This document shows positions 36,550 through 42,042 of a stretch of 42,042 nucleotides of DNA, piece by piece. Where the stretch lies: positions 158,897 through 200,938 of the forward strand of contig CAYHDI010000001.1 in NCBI GenBank assembly GCA_964355645.1. Direction: 5' to 3'. The position numbers and the translations under genes are program-made. The notes below the pieces were generated by a model. It was not told the origin of the DNA. It was given only the letters and a program-made list of their open reading frames with translations, and made no database searches. Numbering within the stretch: position 1 is the stretch's first letter; every line of letters begins with the position of its first letter. The DNA comes from an uncultured Candidatus Saccharibacteria bacterium (GTDB taxonomy: Bacteria > Patescibacteriota > Minisyncoccia > Phycocordibacterales > Zambryskibacteraceae).

Positions 36550-38499
36550 ATGCCTCAGCCACTAAATCCAAAAAAGGCCTCAAATCAAGGAAAAAAGGCC
36601 AAGAAAATCATTATTACTCGAGTTCAGAAGAGTTTGAAAGGGCCGAGTGGGTTTTTCGGGCAAACCTCGATAGCCATTCTGGTTTTCGTTTTGCTGATTG
36701 TTTCTTATTCATTCCTCTCAACGGGCAAGAAGCCCGAGGCTGTTTCTCTGTCTGAATTGGCTCAAAATATTTCTGCGCAGACCGTTACCTCGATAGACAT
36801 TAAAGGCGATGATTTAAATATTGTTTATAAAGATGGCACGACGAAAATTTCCAAGAAAGAATTAGACACCCCTCTGACTACCACCTTAAAAAATTACAAT
36901 ATCACTCCGGCTCAGTTGTCTGCCGTGAAGATTGATGTAGTGAACGATCAAGGATTTTTCTACTGGTTCGCGAATCTCGCTCCAATCATCTTGCCGATTC
37001 TCTTCATTCTTTTTTTCTTGTGGTTTATTTCTAAACAGGTGAAAGGAGCGGGGATTCAAGCTCTTTCATTCGGTCAATCGAAAGCACGCATGACTCTGCC
37101 AAGTGATGAGAAGAACAAAGTGACTTTCAAAGATGTGGCCGGTGCTCGTGAGGCGAAAGAAGAGCTCGTCGAGATTGTAGATTTCCTTAAAAATCCTAGA
37201 AAGTTTCTTGATATAGGTGCACGAATTCCGAAAGGCATTCTTCTCATGGGCGCGCCGGGGACGGGCAAAACTCTTTTGGCTCGCGCGGTAGCTGGAGAAG
37301 CCGGGGTAGCTTTCTTCTCTATCTCTGGTTCGGAATTTGTAGAAATGTTCGTCGGAGTTGGAGCCAGCCGTGTTCGAGATTTGTTCGACATGGCGAAGAA
37401 ATCTGCGCCAGCCATTATTTTCGTAGATGAGATAGATGCTGTGGGTCGAGTGCGAGGTGTTGGAGTAGGTGGGGGAAATGATGAACGCGAGCAAACTTTG
37501 AATCAAATTTTGACCGAGATGGACGGCTTCGAACCGAATGAGAAGGTGATTGTGATGGCCGCGACCAATCGTCCAGATGTTTTGGACCCCGCGCTTCTTC
37601 GCCCCGGAAGATTTGATCGTCGAGTGACTCTTGACCTGCCAGACCGCAAAGATCGCGAAGAAATTTTGAAAATTCATTCGAGAGAAAAGCCTTTCGCCGA
37701 GGATGTGAACCTGGCGGTCATTGCTGAACGGACCCCCGGTTTCTCCGGAGCAGATTTGTATTCACTCATGAACGAAGGGGCTATCCTCGCCGCACGAGAA
37801 AATAGAAACAAAGTTTCCCAATTTGATTTGATTCGTTCTATAGAGAAAGTGATGCTCGGGCCTGAACGCCGTTCGCATCTCTTGTCGAAGAAAGAGAAGG
37901 AGCTCACGGCGTATCATGAGGCTGGGCACGCAGTCATCGCCTCCGTTTTGCCTTATGCTGATCCAGTACACAAAATTTCTATCATTTCTCGCGGACGTGC
38001 TGCAGGATATGTCTTGAAACTTCCCCTAGAAGACAAAAAACTTCAATCGAAGAAAGAATTCCTTGCAGATATTGCTGTTTCCCTCGGAGGATATGTCACA
38101 GAGAAACTTTTGTTCAATGATTTGACCACTGGTCCATCAAACGATTTGCAAGTTTCCACCGCTCTCGCTCGAGATATGGTGACCAAATACGGCATGAGTG
38201 ATTTGCTAGGTCCTATTGCGCTTGAAGAATCAAGCGGAATGCCAATCTACGGTTCTCCAATCGGAAGCAAAGAATATTCAGAGAAAGTTAGTGCCGAAAT
38301 AGATGCAGAAGTTTCCAAAATTATGAAAGAGGCTCAAAAGATTGCTTTGGAAACCATCACCACTCATCGCAAAGCCTTGGATGCCATAGCCCATCGCTTG
38401 ATTGAAGTCGAAACTATCGAACGGAAGGATTTCGAAGAAATCTTAGTCGCGAACGAGATTGTTCCTAAAAAGAAACTAGATTTGGAGCACCAGAAATAA
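36550..38499 (+). CDS. ftsH: ATP-dependent zinc metalloprotease FtsH
   Basis: Two TMs, [24 protein letters not shown]. Confidence 0.99.
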   Translation: MPQPLNPKKASNQGKKAKKIIITRVQKSLKGPSGFFGQTSIAILVFVLLIVSYSFLSTGKKPEAVSLSELAQNISAQTVTSIDIKGDDLNIVYKDGTTKISKKELDTPLTTTLKNYNITPAQLSAVKIDVVNDQGFFYWFANLAPIILPILFILFFLWFISKQVKGAGIQALSFGQSKARMTLPSDEKNKVTFKDVAGAREAKEELVEIVDFLKNPRKFLDIGARIPKGILLMGAPGTGKTLLARAVAGEAGVAFFSISGSEFVEMFVGVGASRVRDLFDMAKKSAPAIIFVDEIDAVGRVRGVGVGGGNDEREQTLNQILTEMDGFEPNEKVIVMAATNRPDVLDPALLRPGRFDRRVTLDLPDRKDREEILKIHSREKPFAEDVNLAVIAERTPGFSGADLYSLMNEGAILAARENRNKVSQFDLIRSIEKVMLGPERRSHLLSKKEKELTAYHEAGHAVIASVLPYADPVHKISIISRGRAAGYVLKLPLEDKKLQSKKEFLADIAVSLGGYVTEKLLFNDLTTGPSNDLQVSTALARDMVTKYGMSDLLGPIALEESSGMPIYGSPIGSKEYSEKVSAEIDAEVSKIMKEAQKIALETITTHRKALDAIAHRLIEVETIERKDFEEILVANEIVPKKKLDLEHQK

Positions 38500-38595
38500 T
38501 AAAAACCCATTTTCTTTGCACGATAGTTTTCTGCTGAAAACTTCTCTGCTCAAGCCAAGCTTTCCGCAAGGCACGAAAATGGGTTTTTATTATTT
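38494..38595. repeat. 21-bp perfect inverted repeat enclosing 60 nt, between convergent genes
   Basis: AAATAATAAAAACCCATTTTC ... GAAAATGGGTTTTTATTATTT. Confidence 0.85.
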
Positions 38596-38609
38596 ATTCG
38601 CTTCCCATA

Positions 38610-38819
38610 TTACATTCCACTTTTCATCTCGCATCCCTTGCAACGACCCTTGTGGGTGAAAACTTCGTATAGAGCCGAAAGACCAACGAGGATATAAACA
38701 ATGCGAGCAATAGTTGCTCCAATATAGCTGGCGAGATCCCATCCGGATATAAGACCGACCAGGAGCCAGTTCAAACCTCCGATGATGAGAAGAATAAATG
38801 CAATCTTGTGTAATTTCAT
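38610..38819 (-). CDS. DUF378-family small membrane protein
   Basis: LLIIGGLNWLLVG, RIVYILVGLSA. Confidence 0.9.
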   Translation of the reverse strand: MKLHKIAFILLIIGGLNWLLVGLISGWDLASYIGATIARIVYILVGLSALYEVFTHKGRCKGCEMKSGM

Positions 38820-38871
38820 ATTTTAAATTTACTTTATAACCGAGTTAAATTATACCACGGACAGTTTTTCT

Positions 38872-39339
38872 CTAAGCAAGCCGTTTATGCACATCTTTTT
38901 TGCCTGGCCTGCGTAGCTTCAGCGAAGCAGGGTGGGTCTTAAATCCTAGAAGTTTTCTAAATTTAAATAATTCGACATTTATATAAGGACTGAGCCATTC
39001 TACGGAAGCGAGGGTGAACATTCCGCCGGTGAAATACGTACTTCGAACTACGGTACTGCTAAGCAAACTTATCCCGAAGAGTTTGTTCGCATAGAAAGGA
39101 AGGAATCCGACTGAAGTGATGCCCGAAGGATTGCCGGCGAGTTTGCGAAAATATTCTTCGACGATGGTCAGAGGACAGTTCCCGTACACGGACCACAAGA
39201 TTACTACCACGATGAGGATGAGTGATTCCCAAGGTCGAAATCTTTTGTATCTAATGCTCACGAGGATGCCGATGAGCACAATGAGGATAACGGTGAGGTG
39301 TGTGATCGCTGTCGCATCGGCCAAAATGTTGTAATTCAT
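38872..39339 (-). CDS. DUF2784-like membrane protein
   Basis: LAD....H, CPLT..E..FR pattern. Confidence 0.75.
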   Translation of the reverse strand: MNYNILADATAITHLTVILIVLIGILVSIRYKRFRPWESLILIVVVILWSVYGNCPLTIVEEYFRKLAGNPSGITSVGFLPFYANKLFGISLLSSTVVRSTYFTGGMFTLASVEWLSPYINVELFKFRKLLGFKTHPASLKLRRPGKKDVHKRLA

Positions 39340-39367
39340 TCAAATAATACTAACACAACTTTTCTTG

Positions 39368-39441
39368 TCCGCCCTCCACGATTCGAACGTGGGACCCTCG
39401 AGGTATAAGCTCGATGCTCTAACCAACTGAGCTAAGGGCGG
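39368..39441 (-). tRNA. tRNA-Ile, anticodon UAU; CCA not encoded
   Basis: CCGCCCT/AGGGCGG acceptor stem, D-arm GCTC-AGTTGGTTA-GAGC, anticodon arm TCGAG-CTTATAC-CTCGA, T-arm CCACG-TTCGAAT-CGTGG. Confidence 0.95.
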
Positions 39442-39472
39442 GAATAAAGCAATATTATCCTAAAACGTCGTA

Positions 39473-41626
39473 CTATTCAAAATGGATTTTATCTATCGCG
39501 GAATCTATGCGGGACTTGATAGTGGGGTGTCTTGAAAGAGTGGAATCTTCTTCAATAATCCTTGTGGCTTCGGAGCGAGCCGCTTCGACCATTTTGATAT
39601 TTTTGATGGCCTCCATGGCGAGATCGGAGAGACCCCATTGTTTTCTCCCGTACAATTCTCCGGCTCCGCGTTGAGTGAGGTCAAATTCAGTAAGTTCAAA
39701 TCCATTCTTTGCAGTTTTCAAAGCTTTCAATCGTTCAAGAGTTTTGTCTGATTTTGATTCAGCGAAAACAAAACAGTATGGCTGGTGTGTCCCACGGAGT
39801 ACTCGACCACGAAGTTGATGAAGTTGAGCGAGTCCGAACCTTTCTGCTCCTTCAATAATGATGAGTGAAGCGTTTTCCACATTCACTCCGACTTCAACTA
39901 CAGAAGTAGAGACCAAGATATCAATCTTCTTGTCTTTAAAATCGAGCATCACTTTCTCTTTGTCTTTCGGCAACATTTTCGAATGCATTAGGCCGATTGA
40001 ATATTCGGGAAAAATATCTCGTTCAAGTCTTTTCGCTTCTTCTTTCACGGATTTCGCCTGCACCGCAAGTTCTTTATCAGGATCAGGTTCATTAATTCTC
40101 GGACAAATTACATACATCTGTCTTCCGGCCCCCAATTCTTTTCTAATTTCTTCATAAGTTTGTTTTCTTCTCTCGGGAGTAATTATTTCTGTGATAATTT
40201 GTTTCCTCCCGGCTGGCATTTCATCGAGGAGTGAGAGGTCGAGGTCTCCGTAGAGGGTGAGGGCGAGTGTTCGAGGAATAGGCGTCGCCGTCATACTCAA
40301 CAAATGCGGAATTAGACCGTCCTTATCCACCAGTTTTTGCCTTTGGGCTGTGCCGAAACGATGTTGTTCATCGATGATGGCGAGGGCGAGGTGTTTGAAC
40401 TTTACCGTTTTTTGGATGAGGGCATGCGTGCCGATGAGGATGGCAATTTCACCGTTCGCGGTCCATTTTAATAATTGAGTACGAGAGATATCAGTCCATC
40501 CATTCGGATTTATTTTCGAAGGAAATTTTCTACAACCCGTACCAGTGATGAGAGCGATGTTTATGGGCAAATGTTTAAAATATTTTATGAACGATTCGAA
40601 ATGTTGTTGAGCCAATATTTCTGTGGGGACCATGTAGGCCGTTTGAAGAGTGCCGAAATTCTGACCTTTTGGTTTTGAAGTAGTGACCGCATAAGCCACC
40701 GCCGTCGCGACGGCGGTTTTCCCCGAACCGACGTCTCCTTCAAGCAAGCGAGACATCGGATGTCCTCGACGAAAGTCTGCGAGGATATCGTTTATGGATT
40801 TGTTTTGAGCTCTCGTTGCTTCGAAGGGAAATCTTTCTACAAATTTCTCTATTTCTTCGGGTGTCTTATCAATGATGAATGCATTTTTCTCGGCGAATTC
40901 ATGTCGAGTTTTCTGCTTCTCAAGTTGAATGAAGAAAATTTCCTCAAACGCGAAGCGTTTGCGAGCACTTTCTGAATCACTTTTCTTGTGTGGAGTATGA
41001 ATCCAGACGAGCGCAGTGCGGAGAGAGGGAAGGTTGTACTTTTTTAGAATTTCTTCGGGAATTGGGTCAACGAGATTGTTTAGAAATTCAGGCACGAATA
41101 CTTTTTGAATTTTATGAAATATCCAATTCGAGGTCAGTCCACGAGTTTCTGGATAAACTGGATACAAAGCATGTTCGCCGGTTTTCGGATTGAGTAGGGT
41201 TTGTCCCTCTTCAATCTTCGGGTTAGAAAAATAAAGTTCTCCTTTTTGACTTTCTACCTTTGACTTTCTTTGACTAATTTTTCCTTCAACCCGAACAAAA
41301 GAATTCTCGGCAATCATCTTGGCCAAGTACGCCTGGTGAAACCAAACGATTTTTATCTTTCCACTCTCATCTTTGATCCAAGCTTCGCTCATGGGAATAT
41401 GAGAGCGAAAACCTTTGCTTGTTTTCAAACCTGATATTTGTCCGAAAACCACTGCATTTTCTTTTGACTTTAGACTTTCAATACTTTTGACTTCAGATGT
41501 ATCTACATAGCGAACAGGGAAGTGATAAAGCAAATCTTCCACGTTCAAAATTCCGAGCTTTTTCAAGGCTTTCTCTTGTACGGGTAGAATTCGAAATGTA
41601 TCAGTGAGTTTGTCCGAGAGATTCAT
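39473..41626 (-). CDS. recG: ATP-dependent DNA helicase RecG
   Basis: RLLEGDVGSGKT, DEQHRFG, MTATPIPRTL, GLAQLHQLRGRV. Confidence 0.99.
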   Translation of the reverse strand: MNLSDKLTDTFRILPVQEKALKKLGILNVEDLLYHFPVRYVDTSEVKSIESLKSKENAVVFGQISGLKTSKGFRSHIPMSEAWIKDESGKIKIVWFHQAYLAKMIAENSFVRVEGKISQRKSKVESQKGELYFSNPKIEEGQTLLNPKTGEHALYPVYPETRGLTSNWIFHKIQKVFVPEFLNNLVDPIPEEILKKYNLPSLRTALVWIHTPHKKSDSESARKRFAFEEIFFIQLEKQKTRHEFAEKNAFIIDKTPEEIEKFVERFPFEATRAQNKSINDILADFRRGHPMSRLLEGDVGSGKTAVATAVAYAVTTSKPKGQNFGTLQTAYMVPTEILAQQHFESFIKYFKHLPINIALITGTGCRKFPSKINPNGWTDISRTQLLKWTANGEIAILIGTHALIQKTVKFKHLALAIIDEQHRFGTAQRQKLVDKDGLIPHLLSMTATPIPRTLALTLYGDLDLSLLDEMPAGRKQIITEIITPERRKQTYEEIRKELGAGRQMYVICPRINEPDPDKELAVQAKSVKEEAKRLERDIFPEYSIGLMHSKMLPKDKEKVMLDFKDKKIDILVSTSVVEVGVNVENASLIIIEGAERFGLAQLHQLRGRVLRGTHQPYCFVFAESKSDKTLERLKALKTAKNGFELTEFDLTQRGAGELYGRKQWGLSDLAMEAIKNIKMVEAARSEATRIIEEDSTLSRHPTIKSRIDSAIDKIHFE

Positions 41627-41702
41627 GGTCCCATTCTACTCCTTTGAGTTTTTAAAAGAAAAACCCGCCCGAATGTATTCGGAACGGGGGGCCATCGAAT
41701 GT

Positions 41703-41921
41703 TCAGGTGGTTAATATCTCGTCGATTTCATCGACAGTTATATATGGAGAATGGACCAAGATGAATTCTACTTTTCTTTCGTGCCACTGGATATCGGCCA
41801 TGAGTGGGTGTCTGTCTCGCCTTGCTCCGCATCCAGGAACAATGCAGAAGATTGCGGTGTTTTTCGTATTCTGTGCGATTTGATGAACATGTTCAGAGAC
41901 ATTGCTGTTGGCTTCAGACAT
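41703..41921 (-). CDS. Small hypothetical protein
   Basis: ATG at 41921 after GAGGT; hairpin with T-tract follows the stop. Confidence 0.5.
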   Translation of the reverse strand: MSEANSNVSEHVHQIAQNTKNTAIFCIVPGCGARRDRHPLMADIQWHERKVEFILVHSPYITVDEIDEILTT

Positions 41922-42042
41922 TATTACCTCGGTGTGGTTGCCTGAATCAAACTTAGCACAAAAAATTTCTGGGTCAAGCCAATTTTGGCGGTATTCATTG
42001 TACAAAGTTCGAATGTATTTTGAAAGCAACCCTGATGCCGAC

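Overview
AT-rich bacterial chromosome segment. Gene content and style (no rpmD in the spc block, short L18/L24, pervasive leaderless genes, many small orphans) point to a Patescibacteria/CPR (Parcubacteria-like) genome; this assignment is an inference. The backbone is the str-S10-spc ribosomal superoperon (rpsL to secY, adk, map), broken repeatedly by accessory inserts and split between rplB and rpsS by a 7.9-kb block that also carries rplJ-rplL. It is followed by ndk, a beta-CASP RNase, a broken glycosyltransferase/ddl chimera, infC-rpmI-rplT, tmRNA-smpB, ftsH, tRNA-Ile(UAU) and recG. The most striking signal is non-coding. (1) Two single DNA-binding-protein genes (PaaX/Cas2-like and TrpR-like) are each bracketed by their own palindromic direct repeat with the same geometry. 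(2) A tightly packed stack of four solo palindromes at 10961-11071 includes a diverged copy of the PaaX/Cas2-like site. (3) A 23-24-nt element with covarying arms sits at seven ribosomal-gene junctions and is inserted in-frame, in both orientations, in an RNase gene. (4) Further short palindrome and heptamer families invade gene junctions and coding sequences. No integrase, transposase or CRISPR array was found in the window. All calls are by eye from sequence and ORF translations; no searches were run.
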